From an uncultured bacterium (lineage in GTDB: Bacteria; Muiribacteriota; UBA6191): a DNA stretch of 64,000 bases. The stretch covers positions 9,335 to 73,334 of the forward strand of contig CAZDAM010000002.1 of assembly GCA_964503595.1 (NCBI GenBank), read 5' to 3'. Shown here piece after piece: positions 27,534 to 37,090 of this stretch; the stretch's first letter is position 1, and each line of letters opens with the position of its first letter. A program made the position numbers and the translations under genes. A model generated the notes under the pieces. The model saw only the letters and a program-made list of their open reading frames with translations. It was not told the DNA's origin and searched no databases.

Positions 27534-27766
27534 TGCTTGTACTGACTCGTAAAAAGAACCAGAAAATCATGATCGGAGACACCATAGAGCTCACGATCGT
27601 GGACATTAAGAATGAACAGATCAAAATCGGGGTCAACGCTCCCTCTCACGTCAAGGTCTTCCGCAAGGAAGTCTATGATGCGATTCAGGAAGAAAACCGC
27701 GCCGCTTCACAGGAAGGCATCACTGTAGAAAGCCTGAGAAGCCTCTCGGATCTTTTCAAGGGCTGA
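27533..27766 (+). CDS. csrA: Carbon storage regulator CsrA
   Basis: MLVLTRKKNQKIMIGDTIELTIVDIKNEQIKIGVNAPSHVKVFRKEVYDAIQEEN is a near-consensus CsrA; start overlaps the fliW stop. Confidence 0.9.
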   Translation: MLVLTRKKNQKIMIGDTIELTIVDIKNEQIKIGVNAPSHVKVFRKEVYDAIQEENRAASQEGITVESLRSLSDLFKG

Positions 27767-27785
27767 ACCAAATCCCCATCAGCAG

Positions 27786-27826
27786 AAAAGCTGCGCTGCA
27801 TATGGCAGGGCGGCTTTTTTATCTCC
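27786..27826 (+). terminator. Rho-independent terminator candidate after csrA (GC hairpin AAAAGCTGC...GCGGC followed by TTTTTTAT)
   Basis: Imperfect stem followed by a T6 run. Confidence 0.45.
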
Positions 27827-28161
27827 TCCTGCTTTGAAACATCAGGCATCCCGCAGATGATTGAAGAACAGGTGAGTATGGCGGAAGGAATCTGACTTCG
27901 GCTCCTCGAGCCTTGATGAACTTTATGGATTCGCGATCTTTATGAACAGCGAGATTATCCATAATCACGCTGTCTCCCTGCTTGAGAGAAGGGGCGAGAA
28001 AATGACGGACATATTGCCGAAATGAAATCGAACCGGCTGCCCCGGCATGAACTCAATCAGTCTCATGGCGGATGTCATTGCAAGCGCAATCCAGTTTCCT
28101 CCTGAGCTGAGCCCTGTTTTGTAAAGTGCTCCAGATGCTTCAAATGGAAGGAACTTTCAAT

Positions 28162-28199
28162 AAAAAAAAGGCCAGCCGGCATCCTCATGCTGGCTGGCC
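28162..28199 (-). terminator. Rho-independent terminator for the minus-strand gene ending at 28217: GGCCAGCCAGC-loop-GCTGGCTGGCC followed by U8 on the minus strand
   Basis: Perfect 11-bp GC-rich stem with A8 on the plus strand, i.e. U8 on the minus transcript. Confidence 0.7.
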
Positions 28200-28216
28200 T
28201 TGTCCAATAAAATTTT

Positions 28217-28996
28217 TCAGGACAGATCGGCATCCTTCACTCCGATAGCCCGGCGCTCCTGGCGCCACTGAACAAGATTCCAAAGTGAGTATTTGCGATT
28301 GAGTCTTTCAATCAGATATTTCTTATCTTCATTCTGGTTCTTGATGATATGAGTCAGAGTCTCAATCTTGCGACGAAGCTCCATATTTTCTTTTTTCAGG
28401 ATTTCCAGTTCACGAAGGCCCCTCAGCCTTTCAGTTTCCTCACGGGCATTCAGACGTGTTTCAATGAACTCACGCTGCTCCCTGAGAATTTCCAGAACCT
28501 GATTCAAGCTCTCTTCGGAATTCTGGGATGAAACCTTTTTATGCTTCAGAGCGCTCAGATCCTGATCTTTCTGAATGCGACCCAGGACATCGGCTGCTGA
28601 AAGGATTTTGCGACCATCAGGAAGAATCTCTTCTTTTTCTTCCTTAAGGGTTCCTTTGTGAACGGCCCACTTCAGACCGCGAGGAGCTGATTTCAGGGGA
28701 ATTGCACGAGGCGGCTCCCCGATTTCTTCTGACTGCTTTACAAAAGCGTCCGAATTCAGAAGCTCCTGGGCTCCGGCCTCACGGGCAGCCATCTGTGGGT
28801 CCAGTTCAGGCAGCTCCGGGGCTCCCCCAAGGGCTTCTTCGAAAAGCTGGCGCAGGGCCTCAAGGTGTTCGCTGGAATATTGGAAATGGCCCTCTTTGTC
28901 CTTATCCAGATGGAAAACCGTCGCAACGGAGGGTTCGATACGGAGAAATTCTTCTTCATCAATATGCAGAATGCGAGCGACTTCAGATGCGTTCAT
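28217..28996 (-). CDS. Hypothetical coiled-coil protein with possible N-terminal HTH
   Basis: 259 aa; long Glu/Arg/Lys-rich heptad region; no family motif. Confidence 0.45.
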   Translation of the reverse strand: MNASEVARILHIDEEEFLRIEPSVATVFHLDKDKEGHFQYSSEHLEALRQLFEEALGGAPELPELDPQMAAREAGAQELLNSDAFVKQSEEIGEPPRAIPLKSAPRGLKWAVHKGTLKEEKEEILPDGRKILSAADVLGRIQKDQDLSALKHKKVSSQNSEESLNQVLEILREQREFIETRLNAREETERLRGLRELEILKKENMELRRKIETLTHIIKNQNEDKKYLIERLNRKYSLWNLVQWRQERRAIGVKDADLS

Positions 28997-29070
28997 AGGT
29001 ACTCCCGGTCAACTTCTCTGGACCCATCGGAACAAAAGGTGGGATATTTGACACTTTTTGTATGAATTCG

Positions 29071-30669
29071 TCAGCGCAGGCGCTCTGCGGAATCCTGGAG
29101 AAATCTGGAATCCTGATTCAAACGGAGATCGAGCTGGCGACGGAGCTGAATCAAGCTGGCTCTTCCTTCCTGAATAAGAGCCAAAACCCGGCTCTGGGCT
29201 TCAATCAGGGCCTGCTCCTGCTGCTGAAGATTGCGTTTGTCTTCCATCAGAAAAGCCACATTCTCCGCAGAAATGCTTCCTGACTGCTCCAATAATCGAA
29301 GCTTGCGATCCAGATTGTCCTTGTCCCTCTGAATTTTTTCCCGTTCCCGTTCGATTCTTAGAAGATCCGACTCCCGCTGGGCAATGAAACGCCGGGTCTG
29401 ATCCAGCTGACCGCCTTTTGCCAGAAGATTGGTCCGGATATCCTCAGGACTCACTCCCCGACGGGCGACTTCTTCCCGCAAACGGGCCCGTTCATCCATT
29501 ACGCGACGGGAATCCGCTTCCAGAAGGTTCTGCCGCCCCTCAATCTTGTCCCCGGAAATTCCCGGAGGCAGATTCATGGCTCCCCCCATACCGGGAAACA
29601 GAGTTGCCGCCTGGCGATCCATTCCCATTGGCAGGACATCCGTCTGGGCAAGAGGAATATCAAGCCAGTGAGCATAAGTTGTGGTTCTGGGGGTATTTTC
29701 TTTGGATGGATCCTTCAAACCCTTCTCTTCCCTCTCTCTCCACTCTTCAGCCCTCGTCTGAATTTCCATCATGCGGCTCTGTTCCGGATCTACATTCACA
29801 CTCGTTGAGGGGGGCAGCTGACTCAAAGGCCCCAGAAGAGCCTGCTCCCAGGCATGAATCCTGTTTTCCAGAGCAAAGCGGGCGGGCTCTTCCGGGTTAC
29901 CCCGCACAAGCCGTGAAAGTTCTCCCGGTTTCAACAGGTACTGAATGTCTCTTGAGCCATTCAAAACTGCCAGAATCCCTTCCAGAGAATAGACCTGCAC
30001 CACATCCTCCCTCAAAAGCTCTGCATAGGCTCTTTGACCAAGCATCCGGACTCCGGCTCCGGCAATATGAAGCTCTCGACGTGAGGCTGACTCACCGATA
30101 CTGATATGCATACCTCCGGCAATCAGCTGGGGAATTCGACCCGCAATCAGAACGGAGCGTGGTAGAAGAAGAAGTTCCAGACCCTCAAGAAACACCTTGG
30201 TCAGACCCCTGGGGCCTGTTTCCAGCCGATCTCCCTGAGTCAGAAGAATACTTCCCTGGACAACCCGGAAATCAAAGACCCCGGGACGGGAGAGACGCAC
30301 CGGCCAGGCAGCTTCAGCTTTCATCGTCGTATCCGGAACCGGTCCGTTCTGTTGAGAAGTTTCCCCTCCTGTATCCAGAACCCATTGCCACTGATTCTGC
30401 CACCGACTCAGGAGCTGACCATTTCTCAAGGTATAGGTGCGTCCTGGAGCCAGAGTGAAACTCCCCTGTCCTCCGGCAATGATCCCACCCCGGAAATCAT
30501 CCGAGGTCTGCCATTCACTTCCATTTTTCAGCCATTCCCTGCTCAGGATTCGACGGGGAGCCTCTCCGGAAAATATCCAGGCACTTCCTTCCGCCACAAT
30601 CAGTTCCACAGCAAGGCTGAATCCCGACAGAAACAGAAAGAGACTACAGGCGCAGACGCGTACCCACAT
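29071..30669 (-). CDS. Secreted hypothetical protein (532 aa) with C-terminal coiled coil
   Basis: Signal peptide MWVRVCACSLFLFLSGFSLA; C-terminal heptad-rich region. Confidence 0.5.
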   Translation of the reverse strand: MWVRVCACSLFLFLSGFSLAVELIVAEGSAWIFSGEAPRRILSREWLKNGSEWQTSDDFRGGIIAGGQGSFTLAPGRTYTLRNGQLLSRWQNQWQWVLDTGGETSQQNGPVPDTTMKAEAAWPVRLSRPGVFDFRVVQGSILLTQGDRLETGPRGLTKVFLEGLELLLLPRSVLIAGRIPQLIAGGMHISIGESASRRELHIAGAGVRMLGQRAYAELLREDVVQVYSLEGILAVLNGSRDIQYLLKPGELSRLVRGNPEEPARFALENRIHAWEQALLGPLSQLPPSTSVNVDPEQSRMMEIQTRAEEWREREEKGLKDPSKENTPRTTTYAHWLDIPLAQTDVLPMGMDRQAATLFPGMGGAMNLPPGISGDKIEGRQNLLEADSRRVMDERARLREEVARRGVSPEDIRTNLLAKGGQLDQTRRFIAQRESDLLRIEREREKIQRDKDNLDRKLRLLEQSGSISAENVAFLMEDKRNLQQQEQALIEAQSRVLALIQEGRASLIQLRRQLDLRLNQDSRFLQDSAERLR

Positions 30670-32110
30670 AGGTCAGCCTTTCGTTACGGTCATTGATCGG
30701 AAAATTGGGATGACGCTCCTCTTCCTGACGATATCCGGCATTCAGGGAAATATTTTTGCCGGTACGATACTCGAACATGATGTCCTGACCATCCAGATCA
30801 AAGCTGGAATCAATCGTATTCTCAAAAGCCAGAATTGTACGGGATTCCCTTTCCAGAGTCCCGGTAACACTAAAGCGGGGGCGAAAATCCCAGGTTGCAC
30901 TCAAAACGGCAAAGCTTCGATCTGCATCCGCATAAAGCAGGCGGGAAGAGTCATAGCGCTTTTCTTCCATTTCATACCAGAGCATGGCCGACCAGTTGGT
31001 ATCAAAACCCCAGTCAATGCTGGTGCGGGCATTGAACTGCCCAAAATCCCTGGAAGAATCCAGATCATAAAAAGTCTTCTGGTATTCCACTTCCTGTCCA
31101 ATCTGCCAGCCCCCTCTTTGCAGATTCCAGGTAAAGCGCCCTTCTCCCCGCTCATAATCAAGAATATCGGAAGGCAGGGACTGCTGGGTATAATCGCGAA
31201 CGGAATAGCCCCCACCCACACCAAAGCTATGCCCTTCATTCAAGACAAAAAGAGTCTGGGCCATAAATCGGTTTTCCAGAAAACTGCGGGCCGCAGAGGT
31301 TCTCAGATCCACATCACGCATGCGGTATTCCGCATCAAAATACATCGCACTGGTTTCCCTTACCGTCTCTTTGTAGGGCTCGGGAATCTCGGGAACATCC
31401 ACTACACTTGCCGCATAGCCAAAACCGCCGTCCTTGAGAAGCTCTCTTTCGGTATCCGAAAAATGACGGCCTATGAAAACTCTCCCCCTTCCCGCGGGAA
31501 TTACCATCCGGCTTCTGTATCGGGGGGGGGCCACCCGGTAAAAGCTGATGAAAAGCTCCTGAGTGTCATAGCTGTCCGAGGGACTGAAATCAAAATCCAC
31601 TTGGTGGCGGGCATAGCCCGCAGCAATCCGGCGAAAGCCATCCAGATGCCTTTCCAGAGCCAGACTTGCTCCCAAATCATCATAGGCAAAGCTGGTGAAT
31701 CTCCTGTCATCGTGGGTTTCATATGAAATCTGCCCCCGCAAGAAGGCAGGCCCCATCCAGTGGAGAAGTCCATCAATGCGTAGATCATTGTCAAGTGATT
31801 CATAGCGCCGGGCCAGCTGAAAATCGTCATTCAGCCTGAAAGAAAGGGAATCCGTGATGGATAGATCCAGCTTATCTATGCGGCGATACCAGGAAAACCA
31901 GGCATCTCCATGCTGCCGAACCCCTTTGACATCCGTTTTGACCGGGATCGTGCGGGTCAGAAAAGCTGAACGGGTTTCTGATTCCCCGTCCTCCATGAAA
32001 ATACCCAGAGTACCGCCCAGATAGCCATATTTCCCGATTTCCAGGGCAGGGGCGTCCCTGGCTCCAATCAAGGCCAAGCAGAATGCGATAAGAAAAGGAC
32101 GAAAACCCAT
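30644..32110 (-). CDS. Outer-membrane beta-barrel protein (hypothetical)
   Basis: Signal peptide MGFRPFLIAFCLALIGA; Tyr/Arg/Asp-rich alternating strands; contains an in-frame C9 tract (plus-strand G9, 31522-31530). Confidence 0.45.
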   Translation of the reverse strand: MGFRPFLIAFCLALIGARDAPALEIGKYGYLGGTLGIFMEDGESETRSAFLTRTIPVKTDVKGVRQHGDAWFSWYRRIDKLDLSITDSLSFRLNDDFQLARRYESLDNDLRIDGLLHWMGPAFLRGQISYETHDDRRFTSFAYDDLGASLALERHLDGFRRIAAGYARHQVDFDFSPSDSYDTQELFISFYRVAPPRYRSRMVIPAGRGRVFIGRHFSDTERELLKDGGFGYAASVVDVPEIPEPYKETVRETSAMYFDAEYRMRDVDLRTSAARSFLENRFMAQTLFVLNEGHSFGVGGGYSVRDYTQQSLPSDILDYERGEGRFTWNLQRGGWQIGQEVEYQKTFYDLDSSRDFGQFNARTSIDWGFDTNWSAMLWYEMEEKRYDSSRLLYADADRSFAVLSATWDFRPRFSVTGTLERESRTILAFENTIDSSFDLDGQDIMFEYRTGKNISLNAGYRQEEERHPNFPINDRNERLTYVGTRLRL

Positions 32111-32194
32111 GAGATCCCCGAGGATTTTCGACAGTTTTACTCAAAAATTGTAGAAGACTGTATTGATTTCCTGAGCAGATGCGTCGATATTAAA

Positions 32195-32557
32195 GTGGTC
32201 ACTATGCTATCCTTCGGGCCTGCACGGAGGTATTCAGGAATGAGCAAAACCCGCCCACTCATGAAATATCCAACACGACGTGGCTCACGGCGTGAAGTTC
32301 GTGAACTGCTCAAGCGCGACATCCTTTTGGGGCCGCGGAAGTCCGGTTGCGACTGGATTCGTTATTTCAGCCTGGCTCTTGGCGGCATCTCAACGCTATC
32401 AGGGCTCATTCTTGGTGTCCGGGCCCTTCTGACTCATCAGTCTGTCGAAGCTGCCGTGAATGCTGTTCTGCTCTTTCTCTTCGGCATGATCATCACCTAC
32501 GCCGGAAATCATGATCACTTCGTGACCCGCCAGTTAAGTAACGGCAAGCATCACTAA
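32195..32557 (+). CDS. Small membrane protein (hypothetical)
   Basis: ORF in the gap between two minus-strand genes; two hydrophobic helices; weak support. Confidence 0.3.
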   Translation: MVTMLSFGPARRYSGMSKTRPLMKYPTRRGSRREVRELLKRDILLGPRKSGCDWIRYFSLALGGISTLSGLILGVRALLTHQSVEAAVNAVLLFLFGMIITYAGNHDHFVTRQLSNGKHH

Positions 32558-32558
32558 A

Positions 32559-32960
32559 TCAGGCCTGTTCTGAAATCTCAATCAGATGACCGCAGGTATC
32601 CTTGGGGTGGAAAAACATGACCCGGGTTCCGTGGGCTCCATTACGGGGAGATTCATCCAGAGCTCTTAGTCCTTTACTGGTAAGCTCGGCCGCAGCTTCC
32701 TCCAGGTTCTCCACCCGATAGCAGATATGGTGGATTCCTTCACCCCGTCTGGCAATATGCTTTCCAATGGCGCAGTCTTCCTCAAGCGGCATCAAAAGTT
32801 CAACGGATGCTTCTCCAACAGGGAAAAAAGCAATTTTCACCTTCTCGGGAGGAAATTCCAGAATCGCTTCCGGTTCAACTCCGAGGATATCCCGGTACAA
32901 CCGGATCCCGGCTTCCAGATCTTTGACGGCAATTCCCAGATGATCAATTCTCTTCAGCAT
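32559..32960 (-). CDS. VOC-family protein, methylmalonyl-CoA epimerase-like
   Basis: IDHLGIAV...HHICYRVENLEEA...GTRVMFFHP pattern of glyoxalase/MCE paired beta-alpha-beta-beta-beta modules. Confidence 0.65.
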   Translation of the reverse strand: MLKRIDHLGIAVKDLEAGIRLYRDILGVEPEAILEFPPEKVKIAFFPVGEASVELLMPLEEDCAIGKHIARRGEGIHHICYRVENLEEAAAELTSKGLRALDESPRNGAHGTRVMFFHPKDTCGHLIEISEQA

Positions 32961-33255
32961 GAGTATCCTTTTCTAAAAACCAGTCCCGGTTGGGCTCGGC
33001 AAGCGATGCATCCAAAAGCAGAACTTCACAGAAAGCTTCAATCGTAATGCGAGTCTGTTTGGGGGCATGAAACATTTCTCCCCGGCTGCGTTTTAAGCTC
33101 AAGCCTTCAAGAGTCACCTGAGCTTCTCCCTCAAGCACCACAAAGCTTCTGGAATGGCGACGATGCAGAAATGGGCCAAGCTTCTCCCCGGATTTCAGCC
33201 TTAAAAGTCCCAAATGATAGCTTTCTGATCGTTTGAGAATTTCCTGATCCATCAT
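32944..33255 (-). CDS. Cupin-domain protein
   Basis: 103 aa, small beta-barrel composition; family-level call only. Confidence 0.4.
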   Translation of the reverse strand: MMDQEILKRSESYHLGLLRLKSGEKLGPFLHRRHSRSFVVLEGEAQVTLEGLSLKRSRGEMFHAPKQTRITIEAFCEVLLLDASLAEPNRDWFLEKDTHAEEN

Positions 33256-34014
33256 CTAAAACTGCCAGCGCAATGCCGCATAGGGACCGTCAATATCAAG
33301 ATTGATCCTGCCTTCATCGGCCCTGCCATCATCAAAAACCGCGTCGAGTTCCCGGCGGCGATACCCCATAATAAAAGATCCCAGAGAGTCCGAAGAACGA
33401 GCCAGACTGACTCGAAGCGAAACATCAGCTTCCAGATATTCTACGGAATTTCCCGAAATATCCAGGTTGAAATAGCGAATGTCCCCTCCCAGATGCATTC
33501 TTTCATTGACCCTGAACTCAGTCTTTCCTCCAAGATAGGGAAGAGGCAGGGTCTCATCGACATCGGCTCTCACTCCGGTTGTCACCGAGCGTAAGTCTAC
33601 CCTGATATCTGCAATCTGAAGGCCCGCGATCAGATCCATGCGCAAGGTTTTCTCTCCCAGTTTGAAAAAGCGGAAATTCCAGTCAAAAGAGTTCCAGTCA
33701 AAATCCAGAAGAACCTGTTCTCCAACTCCAAAAGCCCGGTTATCAAACAGAAAGGCTGACTGAACATCAACCCAGGCAGAATAGGCTAAGGGCCTGTATT
33801 CGAAGGTGGCGTTATAGCCCAGGAAATGCAGGTTCAGGGAAGCCCCAAAGGAAGTGTCATCGGATTTACGGAGATGACCACGTCCACCTCCGCCACCAAG
33901 GCTTCCCGTCAGCTCCGTATCCCAGATACTCAGAACGGGACGAAGCCCACCCAGGGCAAAACTGCAGGATGAAGCTGCCAGGGCCAGAACCAGACCGCAC
34001 CAGATAGTATGCAT
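33256..34014 (-). CDS. Outer-membrane beta-barrel protein (OmpA/OmpW-like small barrel)
   Basis: Signal peptide MHTIWCGLVLALAASSCSFA; C-terminal ...ALRWQF with terminal Phe. Confidence 0.5.
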   Translation of the reverse strand: MHTIWCGLVLALAASSCSFALGGLRPVLSIWDTELTGSLGGGGGRGHLRKSDDTSFGASLNLHFLGYNATFEYRPLAYSAWVDVQSAFLFDNRAFGVGEQVLLDFDWNSFDWNFRFFKLGEKTLRMDLIAGLQIADIRVDLRSVTTGVRADVDETLPLPYLGGKTEFRVNERMHLGGDIRYFNLDISGNSVEYLEADVSLRVSLARSSDSLGSFIMGYRRRELDAVFDDGRADEGRINLDIDGPYAALRWQF

Positions 34015-34024
34015 GCAAACCCTT

Positions 34025-35044
34025 TCAGGTAATCAGTTCGTCTTCGCCACCTCGGGAGATCACCAGATCTCCGGCCTCTTCCAGGGTACGAACCACATTG
34101 ACGATTTTCTGCTGAGCCTCTTCCACGTCCCTGATTCTGACCGGACCCATAAAGGCCATGTCGTCCTGAAGCATCTGCGCCGCACGTTTGGACATGTTTT
34201 TGAGGAATTTCGATTTGACGTCGTCGGAGGAACCCTTGAGAGCAAGCCCCAGATCCTTGGTGTCGATTTCCTTGAGAACCCTCTGAATTCCGCGGTCGTC
34301 GAGCATGTTGAGATCCTCGAAAACGAACATGCGCTTTTTGATTTCCTCGGCAAGATCCGGATTCTGGATTTCCAGGTTGTCAATAATGGTTTTCTCAGTA
34401 CCACGATCGACGATATTAATGATTTCCACCAGAGAGTCCACCCCCCCCACCGTGGTGTAATCGGTAGACGATACCGTAGAGAGCTTCTTTTCCAGAATGG
34501 CTTCCACATCACGGACGATCTCAGGAGAAGTTCTGTCCATAAGAGCCAAACGCTTGGCTGCCTCCACCTGAATTTCCGAAGGGAAGCTGGAAAGAATCGC
34601 CGCCGCCTTGTCTGGTTGCAGATAGGCCAGAATGAGAGCAATCGTCTGGGGATGCTCACCGGAAATGAAGTTCTGAAGATGTTCCGGATCCGCTGCACGA
34701 ATCAAATCAAAAGGCTGGACCTCAAGAGAGGATGTCAATTTGGAAATGATGCTCTCCGCCATGTCATCACCCACTGCTGAACGCAGGAAATCACGGGCTG
34801 CGGAAACACCTCCCTGGGTGATGAACTCCTGAGCTTTGAGCATATTATAGAACTCTTCAACCACCAGATCCCGATCCTCGGGTTCCACCTTGCGAATCTT
34901 GGCAATTTCTATGGCAACGGATTCCATCTCTTCTTCGGTCAAAAGCTTCACTACATCCCGTGACAGATCCGGCCCCAGAAACATCAGAAAGATGGCCACT
35001 TTGATGCGGGCCGTAAGTTCTTTCTTTTTCGTAGGACTTGCCAT
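34025..35044 (-). CDS. fliG: Flagellar motor switch protein FliG (stand-alone copy)
   Basis: 339 aa; FliG N, middle and C-domain signatures (ILAYLQPDKAAAILSSFPSEIQVEAAKRLALMD; MFVFEDL; DDMAFMGPVRIRDVEEAQQKIVNVVRTLEEAG). Confidence 0.9.
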   Translation of the reverse strand: MASPTKKKELTARIKVAIFLMFLGPDLSRDVVKLLTEEEMESVAIEIAKIRKVEPEDRDLVVEEFYNMLKAQEFITQGGVSAARDFLRSAVGDDMAESIISKLTSSLEVQPFDLIRAADPEHLQNFISGEHPQTIALILAYLQPDKAAAILSSFPSEIQVEAAKRLALMDRTSPEIVRDVEAILEKKLSTVSSTDYTTVGGVDSLVEIINIVDRGTEKTIIDNLEIQNPDLAEEIKKRMFVFEDLNMLDDRGIQRVLKEIDTKDLGLALKGSSDDVKSKFLKNMSKRAAQMLQDDMAFMGPVRIRDVEEAQQKIVNVVRTLEEAGDLVISRGGEDELIT

Positions 35045-35055
35045 AGATTTCTTCC

Positions 35056-37020
35056 TTAGAGCGGTTCGTCAATTCCCGGCAGCTGAGGTTTAACGCTCAA
35101 AGCGGCTTCATACCCGATGCGAAAACCCAAACCCTGGCCAGTTCCCTGCTTCAGGTAGACCTGAATCGTCAGTTCTTCCTGCTTGAAGTCCCAGTCCAGT
35201 CGGCCTTCAAGACAGTCCCAATCCCGGACCAGACCAAGTTTTACACGAGTGAATTCTTCCGTCAATGCATTGTAATGGTTCTGCGTTGTCACAAAGACTT
35301 TTGGATGAACATAAAACTCGGCCATCTGGGTGAAGGACTCCCAGGTGTTGCCTCCCCAGTCATACTGCCCCCTCAGATCAAAGCTCCACTGCCCTGTTTC
35401 CCTAAGCGTGAAATTAAAAGAAGTCCGATCCAAAGAAAGATCAAAAACGTCATCCGGAACCGCTCCCAGATCATAGCCCGCCTGGACTCCAAAAGCCCAG
35501 GGCCGGCCATTCCAGACACTGCGATAACTCACAGCCGAACTAGCACCATTCCAGAAGCCTGTTTTGTAATCATAGGCCGCCTGGAAAAGAGTTGCCGAGT
35601 ACTGATCCCTTCTCAGGTGAAGACGATGGGTCAGACGCTTCTGATCCGTCAGACGATCGTAGGAAGTCCAGGGGGAGTTTCCATGCGTATCATTCAGGTT
35701 GAAGCGGCTTACATAAGTCAGGCCACTGCCCAGATCCTGGATCAGGCCGGCATTCAGACGCACAAACCTTCGCTCTCCACCAACCGAGTAATCGTTATAG
35801 CGGCCCAGCACATTGAAATCAAAGCGGGTTCGGCCCCACTGAACCGTATCCTGGATAAAATTGACCCAGAGTTCACGGTCTTCACTATCCACCCTTGAGG
35901 TAAAGCTTTTTTCCGAATAATTGGCAAATTTGGTCCCGTAGCGCATCTGAAAAGGAGAAATCCCCAGTCTTCTGGTCGGAGAGTCCAGACGGATTTCCGG
36001 GCGTTTCTCAAAGCTCTGAACCCGATTGTCCAGGATATAATCACCCTTATCCAGATCATAGCGGGCCTGATATTCACCACTCAGGGCAAAACCGGAATCA
36101 AAACGATGCTTCCAGACAACGGAATAGTTCAGTTCCTCATTTGCCGAACCAACATCAAAAGCATCCCTTAAATAATCAAGCCGCAGAGTTCCGTAGGAAT
36201 CTTCCGTCGCCTCAAAACGCTGATCCCAGGTTGTGCGCAATGTCTCGGTACGAACAAATTCATCCCTCTGCATATCAAGGGTCAGTCGCCCCGGATGCTT
36301 GGTCTGCTGGAAAGCTTCGATTTCAGCATCCCATTCAAGCCCCTGACGGGAGGTCGGCGTCACCCCAAGGGTTCCGTAAAGATTATCATTTACAAAAAAA
36401 TTCGAGCGGATTCTCGCATGCACACCCCGTGAAGAATCATAACCAGGGATGATGAACAAGGGAGCAGAAAGCTGACTGTCCTTATTGATCTTGAGCTTGT
36501 AGGCAGGCAAAGAAAACAGGCGGGTATTGCCAATATAGAATCTGGCTCCCTTCAGAAAAAGGGCCTCCTGATCCAGAAGTACCATTTCATCCGCCATGAT
36601 TTTGTAGTGGCAGTTGTTTTCTTCACAGGTGGTGGCATACCCCTTGTTCAGCTGCATGCTGGTCGGCATGAGAATCGCTGACTGCCCGACAACAAAAGTG
36701 TTTTCGAGAACGGCCTTGAATTCTTCCACACGGCCTTCACGGGTGCGAACATTGTAAAGCAGGCTATCTGCATTGAGAATGTCCTCACCCCGAATCAGGC
36801 GCACATTGCCCTGGGCCGCAATATCACCGGTATTGAGATTGTACTGAAGGTTGTTGGCATCAATCTGAAAATCGTGGCCCAGAATCGAAGCATGGTCCTT
36901 AAGCACCACGAAGCCTGCAGCCTGGTTGTATTCCTGATAGCCCGCGCTGAAGCTGATCGGTACGGGACCGTCCGACCAAAGGGGGTACAAAAGACAAAGA
37001 AAAGTCAGAAAAATACGCAT
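35056..37020 (-). CDS. lptD: LPS-assembly protein LptD/OstA-like outer-membrane protein
   Basis: OstA_N-like region ANNLQYNLNTGDIAAQGNVRLIRGEDILNADSLLYN followed by ~500-aa beta-barrel; start chosen at ATG 37020 (MRIFLTFLCLLYPLW signal peptide) instead of listed ORF start 37167. Confidence 0.6.
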   Translation of the reverse strand: MRIFLTFLCLLYPLWSDGPVPISFSAGYQEYNQAAGFVVLKDHASILGHDFQIDANNLQYNLNTGDIAAQGNVRLIRGEDILNADSLLYNVRTREGRVEEFKAVLENTFVVGQSAILMPTSMQLNKGYATTCEENNCHYKIMADEMVLLDQEALFLKGARFYIGNTRLFSLPAYKLKINKDSQLSAPLFIIPGYDSSRGVHARIRSNFFVNDNLYGTLGVTPTSRQGLEWDAEIEAFQQTKHPGRLTLDMQRDEFVRTETLRTTWDQRFEATEDSYGTLRLDYLRDAFDVGSANEELNYSVVWKHRFDSGFALSGEYQARYDLDKGDYILDNRVQSFEKRPEIRLDSPTRRLGISPFQMRYGTKFANYSEKSFTSRVDSEDRELWVNFIQDTVQWGRTRFDFNVLGRYNDYSVGGERRFVRLNAGLIQDLGSGLTYVSRFNLNDTHGNSPWTSYDRLTDQKRLTHRLHLRRDQYSATLFQAAYDYKTGFWNGASSAVSYRSVWNGRPWAFGVQAGYDLGAVPDDVFDLSLDRTSFNFTLRETGQWSFDLRGQYDWGGNTWESFTQMAEFYVHPKVFVTTQNHYNALTEEFTRVKLGLVRDWDCLEGRLDWDFKQEELTIQVYLKQGTGQGLGFRIGYEAALSVKPQLPGIDEPL

Positions 37021-37090
37021 GTGCAGAGGTCTTCTACAGGAACCGCAGAATATAACAAAAACAGCCAAAAACGGACAGTTTTGAATGAAA

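Noticed and set aside
30437-31726. 429-aa plus-strand ORF
   Set aside because: Antisense to the minus-strand OMP gene (30644..32110) and the 3' end of 29071..30669; no motifs.
34060-34698. 212-aa minus-strand ORF inside fliG, and 34013..34780 plus-strand ORF
   Set aside because: Alternative-frame and antisense ORFs within fliG, which has strong FliG motifs in the chosen frame.
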